A stretch of 64,000 nt of DNA from Squalus acanthias (Eukaryota), in NCBI GenBank assembly GCA_030390025.1, contig CM059432.1, positions 6,014,001 through 6,078,000 on the forward strand. Reading direction: 5' to 3'. The position numbers were made by a program, and so were the translations under genes. Positions 24,300-36,679 of this stretch are shown one piece after another (the first letter of the stretch is position 1; each line of letters opens with the position of its first letter). Under the pieces are notes generated by a model, which ran no database searches, was not told the DNA's origin, and worked only from the letters and a program-made list of their open reading frames with translations.

Positions 24300-24784
24300 T
24301 AAGAAGAGAACATCGCCGGCCTGGAGAACAATTGGGGGGGGAGGGGGGAGAGAACGAGGCCGGCCTGGAGAATGATCGGGGTGTGGGGTGGTGTTTTACG
24401 GGAAGGTGATCGGAGGCCTGGGTGCAGAATCAGAGGCCTCGTGGTGGGGGGGTTAGGCAGGGATGCTGGATCCCGGAGGTAAGTGCACTTACATCCTGCA
24501 TCTAGCAGTCCTCGCCTTCCATTAGCTGTCGGGTTTCCCCGAGGACTGCAAAACTCACCTAGCCACGGTTAAATTTAAAAACTGAGGCACGCCAGCCTCA
24601 TTATGCTATTTAAATTTGGGACCCACCTCCAGGGAGTGGGTTGGCCGCCCGCACCCCGTCCCGCCGCCGTTAAAACCGGAAGTGGGCGGGTAGGAGATGG
24701 GTTCTGGTCGGGATTCAGATTTTTAACACCTTAAATTCGCACCTGACCCCAACCCACCTGTTTTTTGGGGTTAAAATTCCCCCC
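24300..24784. mobile_element. GC-rich Harbinger-type MITE portion
   Basis: CCCGCC/GATCGG motifs; terminus GGGGTTAAAATTCCCCCC. Confidence 0.6.
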
Positions 24785-25837
24785 ACCACCGTTCCAAATT
24801 TTGGTGATAAGATGTCGGGTAGAGGAAGCTAAGAGATTTTAAATGGAGAAAATGAACTGGTGAAAAAGCACAAATCCTAGAGCTTTATAAAATTAGAGAA
24901 TTAAGTTACCATATGCGGTATTATTTATCTTAGCATAAAAGGTGATATTTCCCTGTGCATGCAGCTTTCCTAGAATCGATCAAACTCGGCTATACTTCTA
25001 TTGGATTTAGAATGAAAAAGAAATGTCCAATTCAATTTAATAGACTTCCCTAGCAGTCATCTTTTGATTTGCCTCAGCATTACATAAACTATTTTACAAG
25101 ATTAGCACTTAAACTACTTGGAAGTACTGATTGCTAATCATATGGTAAATGTTAAACTACTAGCACAGAAATAAATCATACTTTTGCTATTTAATCATGG
25201 CTCAGGATAAACTGCCAAAGGTCTAAATGGAAAAATTAGTGTGGAAGCATGCTGTTCAACATTTCACCTTTCAAAGAGGAAATATTTGCACCTATCACTG
25301 TTTTTAATTACACCCCATTGAATGCTGAAAACTGATTTGTCAATTGCCAGTCAAGTACAGCTGGGTTAATTTGTTGATGATGCCATAATGGTGGTCGGAT
25401 GACTTCTTGAAATGAATCAGTTGGAGGAAAGACTGTAAAAACAGTAGGGTATTTGTTTAAAATTAGGAAATAAATTCTTGTAAATACAGTAGGCCCCAGT
25501 ATAATCCTGTCCAACATGTAATGACATCTGATGCAACACAGATGGTTTGTGACTCCTTTGGAACAGCAAATCTGTCTTTTTAATATGCGTCCTCATTAGA
25601 AGATGCTTCTCGTAATTCTAAAATCTTAGTTAATAGAAAAAAATTGTGCCCGACATCTTATCACCAAAATCTGGAACAAAGGGGGCAATTTTAATCCCAA
25701 AAAACTGGTGGGTTGGGGGTCGGGTGGGAAGTTAAAGTGTTAAAAATCTGAATCCCGACCAGAACCCGCCCACTTCCGGTTTTAATGGGGGCAGGACGGG
25801 CAGCCAACCCACTCCTAGGAGGCAGGTCCCACATCTA
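24611..25837. repeat. Inverted repeat, arms about 24611-24819 and 25649-25837, about 830-bp spacer
   Basis: Reverse complement of left arm aligns to right arm, e.g. CCCGACATCTTATCACCAAAAT and GTGTTAAAAATCTGAATCCCGACCAGAACCC. Confidence 0.92.
25314..25432 (-). CDS. Candidate internal exon: (V)FPPTDSFQEVIRPPLWHHQQINPAVLDWQLTNQFSAFNG
   Basis: Acceptor tactgtttttacag; only one open frame; 119 nt, phase 1 in and 0 out with weak donor GGG|gtgtaa (alternative GT|gtaatt 2 nt further). Confidence 0.45.
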
Positions 25838-26238
25838 AGAATAGAAAAAGTTCAGATACATGAAATATAAAAATCTCGCCAGATAGAAACAATGTCTTAC
25901 CAATATGAAAATATAATTGAAAAAACCCATTCAATCTCATCACTTTTTTTGTCTATAATTAGGCAAGGAATGCATCCATCCATTGTTTATACTTATAAAT
26001 TTCCCCAAAATTCTCACAGGTTCATATGATAGCCTGTGCGAAAAGGCACCACCTGGGACAACACTGAGGCATACAGGCAAGAAGTTCTAGGTTTGAAATC
26101 CATCTATGCTCAGCTGGTGCTAGGGAAGAGCCAAAGTCAGCCATGGTTGCTACTCCAATTGGCTATTTGGTTACTTTGGTTGGGAATAGTGGTGTGTAGA
26201 AGTCTGGCGAGAACAGAATAGATGCCAGAAAAAATGTA

Positions 26239-27954
26239 GGCCGCAATTTTCCCTATCTCGGCAGGTCTGTGGCGGGCGAGATCAGTGGCGGGTCGCGGCC
26301 TCGCTGCTGGCTCCATCCCGGCATCGGACGGCTTTCCCCTGATTGGGCTTGTTAAACCCACCCAGCGAGTTTCCCGGCCAATTGAAGGAAGCGGTTCTGA
26401 TGACACGTCATCAGCTGGTTTCCGTAAAGGGACCATGCACAATTTACTGTGACATTTCTGCTCATTGTTCTACAGCATTGAGGTGCTGCAAACACTGACA
26501 ATCACTGTACAGAGGTGCACGGCTGCACCCAGGCTCTCCCATGACTCCCTCCATATGCCTGCCCCTGGAGACCAACGCAATCTGGTTGCATATTGCACAG
26601 GAGGGCACAAGCAGGGATGTCATCAGGAGGACCAGGCTGCAGTGGCGCAAACCTTTCAATGATCTCAAAAGATGGTGAAATGTTACTGCAAAGCCACACT
26701 CAACCTCATCCTGCTGTGCCACTCATCACATCCCCATCACTCTGCCTTCCCTACCCTACTCCTGCACATCCTTACTCACACCAACTTACCTTGCACCTTC
26801 ACCTATCCTTCTCTAGCTAAATTATCCCTTCCCCATCTCACAGGCCACCCCTCATGCTCACCCTCATCCTAGTCAATTAATACCAACAAACAACACACAA
26901 GGGTAGGCACTTGGGTGTTTAAGCCAATGTTCATGTGAAGTTTCTGTTAATGTGCTGTCAAACATTGAAAACTTTATTTTCAACACTTTGCGTTCTTGGA
27001 CAGATGTGTGTGCACCTTTGGAAGTGGCTTAGTGAGTTGCAGTGAATGGTGAGACATAACGGTACCCCCGCAATGCTGAGGAGTGTGAAAAGAATGGCTT
27101 GGGCATTGTAGGGATGCTTTTATGTTGTTGGTGTGGGGTGGTGCCAACCTGGCACATTATGTGGCAGTCAGGGTGTGCAGCATCAAATGAAGTGAATCTG
27201 GCCATGGTGAGGCCATCCCTGGCGTCCCGGACAGCAATGTGGTTGGGTGCTGATGCCCGCTGTCCTGTGCAGCATCAGACGATTGCGGAGAAGGTTGGTG
27301 TGGTTGTTGGTGCTGCTGGTGTGCCTGGTGCTGCTGGTGTTGCAGCTGATCGTGGTGGGATTCTGAGGACCAAGGTGAGAGAGTATAAACCATACCCATG
27401 CTGGTGGAATAGATGGCAGGTGAACTTGAGATAACAGAAGCAATGTCAGTGGTAAAAGAGGTTGTTCCAATGAGGTGACACTGGATAGAGAGTTTTCTCC
27501 AAACACTTGCAACCTGCATAAAGCTCAATCTGTCTTCCAAATGCAGTAAGCAACAGCTTCTGAGCTTGGAAAGTAAACAGCTGTGAGATGGGAGCTTTTA
27601 TATCACATTTCAAGCTGTCAAGTAATGAAATGATTCCATGGCCATTCAACTCCCGCCCAGCTTAACAGACGTGATCCGTGATCCCCGCGCAGCGTGGACC
27701 CCGTTGGCAAGCTGGTAAATTCTAAAGGTGAGCTCAAAATTGTTGTTAATCCTCTGTTAACAAGGTCATAATGACCTGAACTGCCTCCCCCGCTGCAGCA
27801 TGTCGGGTCTGCTCAGCGCTGACAGACCCGACATTTGGTAAAGGCCCGTGGCAGCAAGTTCACAGCGGGGTCCCGACCTGCTGTCAAAAAATAAACACTT
27901 CTCCACCCGACCGGCCACCGATCGGGCCCGCTGACCCCCCAGAAAATGCCCCCC
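26239..27954. mobile_element. Internally deleted PIF/Harbinger transposon with remnants of both genes
   Basis: Termini GGCCGCAATTTTC and GAAAATGCCCCCC, 3-bp GTA duplication; plus strand AAPRLSHDSL and WLHIAQEGTSRDVIRRTRLQWRKPFNDLKR (Myb/SANT-like); minus strand AVRDARDGLTMARF (transposase C-terminus-like). Confidence 0.75.
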
Positions 27955-28056
27955 GTAGCCTTTTTGTCCAAAGGTAAATCATTTTTGTTTCTTTTTCATC
28001 CTCATTATGGTCAGGGCAAAACCCAAGTTCGGTTAAAGGAACGGCCCCTGTCTAAC

Positions 28057-28674
28057 TGTTACATCGGAACAGAAATGAGGCAACTATTAGGTTGCTGTCA
28101 TTGAACAAAGGATGATTTTATATGTTTATTTTAACTGGATATACATTAGTGTTATTCCGTCTAGATGTCCGACAGTTACACGCCTGATCTTCAAAGGATG
28201 CAAGAGATTTCTGAATCCAAAAAACGTCCTGTTCATTTGACATCCTGTTTATTATTTTGAAGTATATGTTTAATTGGCAGTTATCCCTGAGTTTGAGAGA
28301 TACGAGCTTTCATGTCCTTTGTTCTAGAGTGCCTATAAAGAAATTTGGCAGTATCTCGGACTGATTTGCACAGTCAGAAGTCAGGCTGAAGTTATCTGGG
28401 ATAAGGACAAGTCAAATATTGTGCGATAGCAGAGAGCCACACAAAATGTGTTTCAAGAGTCAGTTATAATTTCAGTGTTGGTGCAGATGAAACACTTTTG
28501 TTGTTTTCGATACTCCAAGTAAAATAGTGAAATCTTTAATTACTGTACATTTAATTTGTATTTAATACTGCTTATTTATCATTTTACTGTTCAATAAATC
28601 TGATTCATGGTTTATAGTCTAAGTCTGATGGTGTGTCTTCCACCTACTGAAGTTGATTAAACCATTTGGTGACA
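28057..28674 (+). mobile_element. Possible LTR remnant
   Basis: TGTTAC...GTGACA ends, TATAAA 28334-28339, AATAAA 28593-28598; no target duplication seen. Confidence 0.35.
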
Positions 28675-28679
28675 CGGAG

Positions 28680-28736
28680 AGCCGGCACGGACCCGATGGG
28701 CCGAATGGCCTCCTTCTGTGCCGTTATGACTCTATG
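28680..28736 (+). mobile_element. CR1 3' tail only
   Basis: GCCGGCACGGACCCGATGGGCCGAATGGCCTCCTTCTGTGCCGTTATGACTCTATG. Confidence 0.8.
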
Positions 28737-28834
28737 TAATATATGCTAAACCACAGTGATAAGGGTTCTGTTCAACCCTTGGGCTTTCTACATTTGCTCT
28801 GATATTGGGCAAGTAAAGGTTCACTTGTGTTATT

Positions 28835-29305
28835 AAGCAGGTATCTCTGGTCTCCCAGGATCCATGTATTCAGGTAGAATGGCTGGAAACAAGGGTGGAA
28901 CTGGAGACTGGTGGAAGATAAATGAATCATGACAGCTTTCAGGATACTTGGCAGCTACCTGTATGATGTAGTTCCAATGGTCACATATAAACCTGAATAT
29001 TTATAGAATGGAATTCCTTCCTGTTGTTGAAAGGACCCGTTTGGTCACATGGATGACATTGGTGAGGCTGTGTAATTTTGTGAATCCTGCCACTCTGAAA
29101 TAGTGAAAAGTCCTCTCCTGCTGATGTTCCTTGCCCTGGGAGAAAGTTATGAACTTGCTGGCCCTGGCAAACATTGCCGCTTTCACCATCTGTATGCATT
29201 AGTACACTTGTGGACTGGTTTAACAGACATATGTCACCCATGTAAATCTGTGATTCGCCAGTGGCATTAAAGTTCAACGCAGTGATGTATTTCACTGCCA
29301 TGAAC
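28835..29305 (-). pseudogene. Degenerate Harbinger (HARBI1-like DDE) transposase fragment
   Basis: Across frames: ALNFNATG, RVAGFTKLH, NRKEFHSINIQV, AKYPESCHDSFI, WILGDQRY. Confidence 0.85.
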
Positions 29306-29327
29306 AGGTTCGGATGCAAGAAATGGC

Positions 29328-30003
29328 AGAAATGGGGATGTTCGTTGATGACTGCACAGTGTTCAGTGCCATTCACAACTCCTCAGAAAATGAAACAAGA
29401 CCGGGACGACATTCAGGCTTGGGCTGATAAGTGACAGGTAACATTCGCACCAGACAAGTGCCAGGCAATGACTATCTCCAACAAGCGAGAGTCTAACCAC
29501 CACCCCTTGACATTCAACGGAATTACCATTGCCGAATCCCCCACCATCAACATCCTGGGGGGTCACCATTGACCAGAAACTTAACTGGACCAGCCACATA
29601 AATACTGTGGCAACAAGAGCAGGTCAGAGGCTAGGTATTCTGCAGCGAGTGTCTCACCTCCTGACTTCCCAAAGCCTTTCCAACATCTACAAGGTACAAG
29701 TAAGGAGTGTGGTAGAATACTCTCCACTTGCCTGGATGAGTGCAGCTCCAACAACATTCAAGAAGCTCGACACCATCCAGGACAAAGCAGCCCATTTGAT
29801 TGGCACCCCATCCACCACCTTAAACATTCACTCCCTCCACCACCAGCGTACCGTGACTGCAGTGTAAACCATCTACAAGATGCACTGTAGCAACTCGCCA
29901 AGGCTTCTTCGGCAGCACTTCCCAAACCCGCGACCTCTTCCACCTAGAAGGATAAGGGCAGCAGGCGCATGGGAACACCACCACCTCCAAGTTCCCCTCC
30001 AAG
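29328..30003 (+). mobile_element. Second CR1-group LINE, RT-to-C-terminus fragment
   Basis: GMFVDDCTV; GVTIDQKLNWTSHINTVATRAGQRLGIL. Confidence 0.9.
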
Positions 30004-30009
30004 TGGTGG

Positions 30010-32112
30010 CCGAGTCTGGCATCAAGGAGCCCAAGTAAAACTGAAGTCAATGGGAATCGGGGAAAATGCTCCACTGGCTGGAGTCATACCTAGCACAAAG
30101 GAAGATGGTTGTGGTGGTTGAAGGTCAATCATCACAGCCCCAGGACATCGCTGCAGGAGTTGCTCAGGGCAGCGTCCTGGGCCCAACCATCTTCAGCTGC
30201 TTCATCAATGATCTTCCCTCCAACATAAGGCCAGAAATGGGGATGTTCTCTGATGACTGCACAGTGTTCAGCGCCATTCACAAAACCACAGATAATAAAG
30301 CAGTCCATGCCCCCATGCAACAAGACCTGGATGACGTTCAGGCTTGGGCTGATAAGTGGCAGGTAACATTCGCACCACACAAGTGCCAGGCAATGACTAT
30401 CTCCAACAAGCGAGAGTCTAACCACCACCCCTTGACATTCAATGGCATTACCATCGCCGAATCCCCCACTATCAACATCCTGGGGGTCACCATTAACCAG
30501 AAACATAACTGGACCAGCCACATAAATACTGTGGCACCAGAGCAGGTAAGAGGCTGGGTATTCTGCGGCGAGTGTCTTACCTCCTGACTCCCCAAAGCCT
30601 TTCCACCATCTACAAGGCACAAGTAAGGAGTGTGATGGAATACTCTCCACTTGCCTGGACGAGTGCAGCTCCAACAACACTTAAGAAGCTCGACACCATG
30701 CAGGACAAAGCAGCCCGCTTGATTGGCACCCCATCCACCACCTTAAACATTCATAGATAGAGTCATAGATTTATACAGCACAGAAAGAGGCCCTTCGGCT
30801 CATCGTGTCTGCACCAGCCATCAAGCCCTATCTATTCTAATCCCATTTTCCAGCACTTGATCCATAGCCTTGTATGCTATGGCGTTTCAAGTGCTCATCT
30901 AAATGCTTCTTGAATGTTGTGAGGGTTCCTGCCTCTACCACCCTTTCAGGCAGTGAGTTCCAGATTCCAACCACCCTCTGGGTGAAAAAGTTTTTCCTCA
31001 AATCCCCTCTAAACCTCCTGCCCCTTACCTTGAAACTATGCCCCCTGGTTATTGACCCCTCTACTAAGGGGAAAAGTTCCTTTCTATCTACCCTATCTAT
31101 GCCCCTCATGATTTTGTACACCTCAATCAGGTCCGCCCTCAGCCTTCTCTGCTCCAAGGAAAACAACCCCAGCCTGTCCAGTCTCTCTTCATAGCTGAAG
31201 CGCTCCAGCCCAGGTAACATCCTGGTGAATCTCCTCTGCACCCTCTCCAATGCAATCACATCCTTCCTATAGTGTGCCAACCAGAACTGCACACAGTATT
31301 CCAGCTGTGGCCTAACTAGCGTTTTGTACAGCTCCATCATAACCTCCCTGCTCTTGTATTCTATTCCTCGGCTAATGACGGCAAGTATCCCATATGCCTT
31401 TTTAACCACCTTATCTACCCGTCCTGCTGCCTTCAGGGATCTATGTACATGCACACCAAGGTCCCTCTGATCCTCTGTCCTCCTTAGAATCCTACCATTC
31501 ATTGTGTATTCCCTTGCCTTGTTAGTCCTCCCAAAATGCATCACCTCACACTTTTCAGGGTTAAATTCCATTTGCCACTGTTCTGCCCATCTGACCAATC
31601 CGTCTATATCGTCCTGTAGCCTGAGGTTTCCCTCCTTGCTATTTACCACTCCACCAATTTTCGTGTCATCTGCGAACTTACTGATCATACCTCCTACATT
31701 CATATCTAAATCATTAATGTACACTACAAACAGCAAAGGACCCAGCACCGATCCCTGCGGTACACCACTGGACACAGGCTTCCAGTCACAAAAACAACCT
31801 TCGACCATCACCCTCTGCCTCCTGCCACTTAGCCAATTTTGGATCCAATGTGCCAAATTGCCCTGGATCCCAAGGCTCTTACCTTCTTGACCAGTCTCCC
31901 ATGCAGGACTTTGTCAAAAGCCTTACTGAGGTCCATGTAGACTACATCAACTGCACTACCCTCATCCACACACCTAGTCACCCCCTCGAAATCCTGGAAC
32001 TCCCTACCTAACAGCACTGTGGGAGTACCATCACCACACGGACTGCAGCGGTTCAAGAAGGCGGCTCACCACCACCTTCTCAAGGGCAATTAGGGGTGGG
32101 TAATAAATGCTA
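30010..32112 (+). mobile_element. Second CR1-group LINE, another copy, interrupted by CR1 at 30753-31988
   Basis: GVAQGSVLGPTIFSCFINDL, MFSDD; 3' end resumes at about 31989 and ends AATAAATGCT. Confidence 0.9.
30753..31988 (-). mobile_element. CR1 LINE 3' 1.2 kb; same subfamily as 17204-21471; 339-codon open RT C-terminal half
   Basis: [17 protein letters not shown]; near identity by eye with 17205-18420. Confidence 0.96.
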
Positions 32113-32520
32113 AAAGTAGCGCCCTGATAAAATTAGCGCCCCTGCGGCCAAAATTCATCAGTATCACCCCAAGAGGGAAGCAGGGCGCTTCTAGAATCGC
32201 CCAGCCTCCCTCTTGGGGTGCTGCGAGGGAATATCGCGGCGGTACTGCAGGCCTTCCTCCCCTTCTTAAAGGTGAGGGGCCTTGCGCAGCGCGATCCGGG
32301 GCCCAGCTGGGCCACCAGGGATGGGAGTGCTGGCAAAAGAGCCCGACACTCAAGAGTAGTGCCGGGCTCACGGAGCGCAGCCAGCATTCCACGGGGGGGG
32401 GGGGGGGGCTGCTGCTAACCTCCCGCTGAATTTCACGGGATGCGTTGGTGGCGCCGTGCCCGGGCGCTAGTTGCTTTGAGACCTGTTAGCGCCCGCTTCG
32501 GGCAACTGAATTTTCCCCCC
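32113..32520. mobile_element. GC-rich MITE-like element
   Basis: Repeated AGCGCCC/GGGCGCT motifs; terminus CTGAATTTTCCCCCC. Confidence 0.55.
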
Positions 32521-34664
32521 ATAGTTCCTCCAGTATGTCCAAATTATGGCATGGTACCCACGCAGCTCTTTCAATAAGCATGCGTCCTTCGATGTGGGAA
32601 CACCTGCCTCTGTTCCTAGCTGTTAAAACTCTTCTGCATCTTCCATCTCCTTGAGGACAAGAGGAATTCACAGGAGAATGCCCAAGCTATGCACAGGATG
32701 CTCTTGCCTATTTCTGGCAAACTATCTTGAATGGGAGGGAAACAAAACTTTAATTTACTTTCTTTTGGTTTGAATTATAGAAACAATCTGAATAAACTCA
32801 AAACTGAAGTGCAATGCAAAGGAAAAAAGCCCCAAAATGAGGTCAGGTAGGACAACTTTAAGCGTACTTCTGATGGCTGTGCACCTGCAGGAGTTTGGTG
32901 CGCTCCAGGTTTTGTAGATACACAGCAATAACATTGCACTGATGATGCTATGCATCGGAATTTGCACATCATAAATCCCTAAATAGATCAAATTAGTGGC
33001 CCTATTCAAGCTTGTGCCACAAACCAAAACAAGCCTCTTGCTCCTCCAGCACAAGACCATCAGAAAGCCAAGCATTTCTACCCCCAGGATTTCGCTTCTT
33101 CTGTGTCCAGCCTATATCTACATCACCAATGCACAAATGAGTAGAATTTCCGTCCCTAAATAACATTTGTAGAGCTCAAACAGCTTGCAACTAATAACTG
33201 TTTCCATTAAGTTACAATGTTATAATTCAGTTGGACTGATTTTTGTGTTAAAAAGCAGTACTGATATTTTAATTCTGATATCCACCTAATCAATAATAGT
33301 CACATTTAATGCAACAATTAAAAAGGGAACCATCTGTGTAAACTTACAAATTCTACCACCTCCGTTATCTATTAAGTTCTATACTTCAACGTTGTACACT
33401 ATATTCTGCAACTACAACATCTACCTGCTTTGCTCAGGATAATGCAGTTACTGAATGCAGGAATGTGTCACCCCAAGTATTTTCTTTGCTATAAGTTCTC
33501 AGTTATCAGAACTAGAACAGGTACAGCATTTGCACTGATGATTACTATTCATTACTAATGCTTAGGCCTCCTGAGATTATGATTAGCATTCTGACCAACC
33601 TGAATTTAGAGTGCCATCAACAACACTCACCACCTAAATACTCCAACCGATTATAGCACTAGCAGCAGAATTATTATAAATAATGATGTTTCATACAACA
33701 TAATGTTGCAAAAATCTGTTTACCACAATTGAACTTTTAATTTATCGACCAATTTGAGATGATGAATCAAATGCTTCAAACTTTGCTCAGCAATTTCCTG
33801 CAACCCATGGAACAATTTGCAGGATGAAGTATTGCATTAATCATACAATGACAAAATAAAATATTAAAAAAGTGTTTGGCTTTTTAAAGCAATTTGTTCA
33901 AGCTACAAAAGCAAACTCATATTGTTCACTTCACTTTATAATTGAAGTTGAAGCAGAGGTTCCCTGCACTGCTCAGTTCTCTTTGATCAAGAGGTTCCCT
34001 CCCTTTGACAAACTGCAATAAACATGGGCTATCCAAAGTCAACAAAATAGCATCTAAAGTGTCATTAAAAAATGTGTATTGCACAGAAATGGTGAGGTGA
34101 GCCAAACTTTCAGCAACCTTCTTCCAGCAAACAAGGCCTATCAGTTTCTGAAGCCACTAAGTTTTACAGACCAAAAGCAGAATCAGATTCTTTGATATAA
34201 AAAGCAAACAAAAGGAAACTTATAGGAGGACACAAAATTCATTAGAACATAGTTCATGGTGATGTTCATGAGAGATGGCAAGAAATCTCCAAAGAATGAA
34301 ATAAGAGGAAGTACAAATTATCCACCGAGACCATTCTCCTACATCTTCAGTTTCAGTTTATCAAACAGAACAATCTGTCCAACCCTCTCCCTTTCCTGTA
34401 TAAGACCAGAGCTATGCAGGGTTCTATTTGTATTACAATTAAGCTAATTCAACGCAGGACACTCAGTTTGTTCTCAATAACATAGACCAGATGACAGTAG
34501 TTGACTAAACATATACATATTATTATTATAAAGTTCTGTCTGCTATCTAGTAGGTTATAATGGTCCACAAAAACCCATCACTAACCAGTCTCAGCCATAA
34601 AATACTGTACTAACTATTGTTAATAATTTGCTGTCTTTTTGTTATTTATCTATCTCACCATCCA

Positions 34665-35087
34665 GTGTCAGATGTGGCTCAGTTGGTAGGACCCTCGCCT
34701 CTGAATCAGAAGGTTGTGGGCTCAAGTCCCACTCCAGATACTGGAGCACAAAAATCTAGGTTGACGTCTTTCGGATGAGACGTTAAACCGAGGTCCCGTC
34801 TACCCTCTCAGGTGGACGTAAAAGATCCTATGGCACAATTTTGAAGAAGAGCAGGGGAGTTATCCCCTGGCCAATATTTATCCCTCAATCAACATCACTA
34901 AAACAGATTATCTGGTCATTATCACATTGCTATTTGTGGGAGCTTGCTGTGCACAAATTGGCTGCCGCGTTTCCTACATTACAACAGTGACTACACTTCA
35001 AAAAGTACTTCATTGGCTGTAAAGCGCTTTGGGACGTCCGGTGGTCGTGAAAGGCGCTACATAAATGCAAGTCTTTCTTCTTTCTTG
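34665..35087 (+). mobile_element. tRNA-derived Deu-domain SINE, well preserved
   Basis: TGGCTCAGTTGGT A box, GGCTCAAGTCCC B box, GTCTTTCGGATGAGACGTTAAACCGAGG, tail AAAGGCGCTACATAAATGCAAGTCTTTC; CATCCA duplication at 34659-34664 and 35088-35093. Confidence 0.92.
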
Positions 35088-35479
35088 CATCCATCTGCCT
35101 TTTTTGTTCTATAAAATAGTGGTATAATTTTAAATAATCCTAAAAGGTTGGCATGTATTGTTTTTACTATTGGGTCCTGCATGGTTTGCTAATAAATCCT
35201 TCAATCTAAAAGATTTAATGGCTCAATTTGTTCCAAATTTGTTGAGCATTAACATGGTGCCAACATAACCCAGCAGGCACTAGTTTGCAGTCCGTTCTGC
35301 CAAAGTAGGTTTTATACATTTTTATATAGACCAACAAATTCTGGGAAACTTTGACATCAGTATATTGCTAGTATCTCTCCACTTCTAAATTATTAATTGG
35401 TGTTTGATACAATTTTCATAAATTGAATGACATAAAATATCTACAATGTATCGAACACATACATACATAACATATGAAA

Positions 35480-36635
35480 ATGTCCTGAAGGCATTTGATA
35501 AGGTCCTGCACAAGAGATTAGCAAAAATGAGAGCGCACGGAATCGCAGGTAACCTTGTGATATGGGTCAGCAATTGGTTGGGAGGTCGGAGACAGGGATA
35601 AAAGGAACATTCTCTGATTGGTGAGATATGACAAGTGGTGTTCTCCAGAGATTTGTACTGCGACCTCAGCTTTTCACTACCTATATTAATTACTTGGATG
35701 AAGAAATAGATTGTTGTATAACCAAGTCTGCAGATGACGCTAAGCTAGGAGGCCCAGTAGGTTGTGTGGATGAGAGCAGGCAGTTACAAACGGACACAGA
35801 CAGACTAAGTGAGTGCGCAAAACTATGGCAGATGGAGTTCAATGTGCAGAGTGTGAGGTCGTCCACTTTGGATCTGAGAAAGACAAATTGGAATATTTTC
35901 TCCATGGTGAGGGACGAGGAGCTGTGGAGGAGCAAACGAATTTAGGTGTCCATGTACATAAATCACTAAAAGCTAGTGCGGAGTTACAAAAAATCATCAA
36001 AAAAAGACAGTAGAATGTTATCCTTTATCTCAAGGGGACTGGAATTCAAAAGAAAGGAAGTGTTGCTTCAGTTGTATAGAGTCAAACCCCATCAGGAGTG
36101 CTGCATTCAGTTTTGGGAACCGGAAGTCAGGAAAGATCGATTAGCCTTGGAAGAGGTACAGTGCAGATTCACCAAAATTATACCAGGGCTTAAAGGGCTA
36201 TATTATAAGGACAGGTCGCATAAATTTGTTATGTACTCCAGCGAGTTTAGAAGATTGAGGGGTGATCTAATCAAGGTGATTAAAATGATAATGGGATTCG
36301 ATGAAGTAGATGCAGACAAACTATTTCCTCTGGCGTCTGGGGAATCCAGAACAAGGGGGCTTAATCTTAAAATTAGAGGTAGGTTATTTGGGAGTGAAAT
36401 CAGATGCGCTTTTCCACACTAAAGAAAGTGGCAATCTGGAACAGGCTCCCCCAAAAGGCTGTGCAGCTGGGTCAATTGAAGTTTTGAAGATGGAGGTCAA
36501 CAGATTTTTATTAGGTATGAGTATTAAGAGAGCAAAGGTAGGTAAATGGAGTTGAGGTACAGATCGGCTATGATCTAATTTGAATGGTGGAACAGGCTCG
36601 AGAGGCTGAATAACCTACTCCTGATCTTATGTTCC
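35480..36635 (+). mobile_element. Degenerate CR1 LINE RT and 3' end
   Basis: KAFDKV, KSADDAKLGG, EFRRLRGDLI. Confidence 0.9.
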
Positions 36636-36679
36636 ATGTTTAATAAATAGCTACAGGTACTAATTAGTTTATTTGAGAT

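Noticed and set aside
27157..27540. Gln/His-rich host protein
   Set aside because: Low-complexity stretch inside a Harbinger derivative
28835..29376. HARBI1 host gene
   Set aside because: Multiple frameshifts and stops; truncated by a LINE
32560..32652. Minus-strand exon candidate
   Set aside because: Weak donor, adjacent to a MITE, exit phase does not fit the exon at 25432
33935..34400. Two short AG-bounded open stretches on the minus strand
   Set aside because: No convincing donors and phases do not fit the chain
34665..34735. tRNA gene (also 11851 and 5925)
   Set aside because: A/B boxes run into SINE bodies; no complete cloverleaf evident
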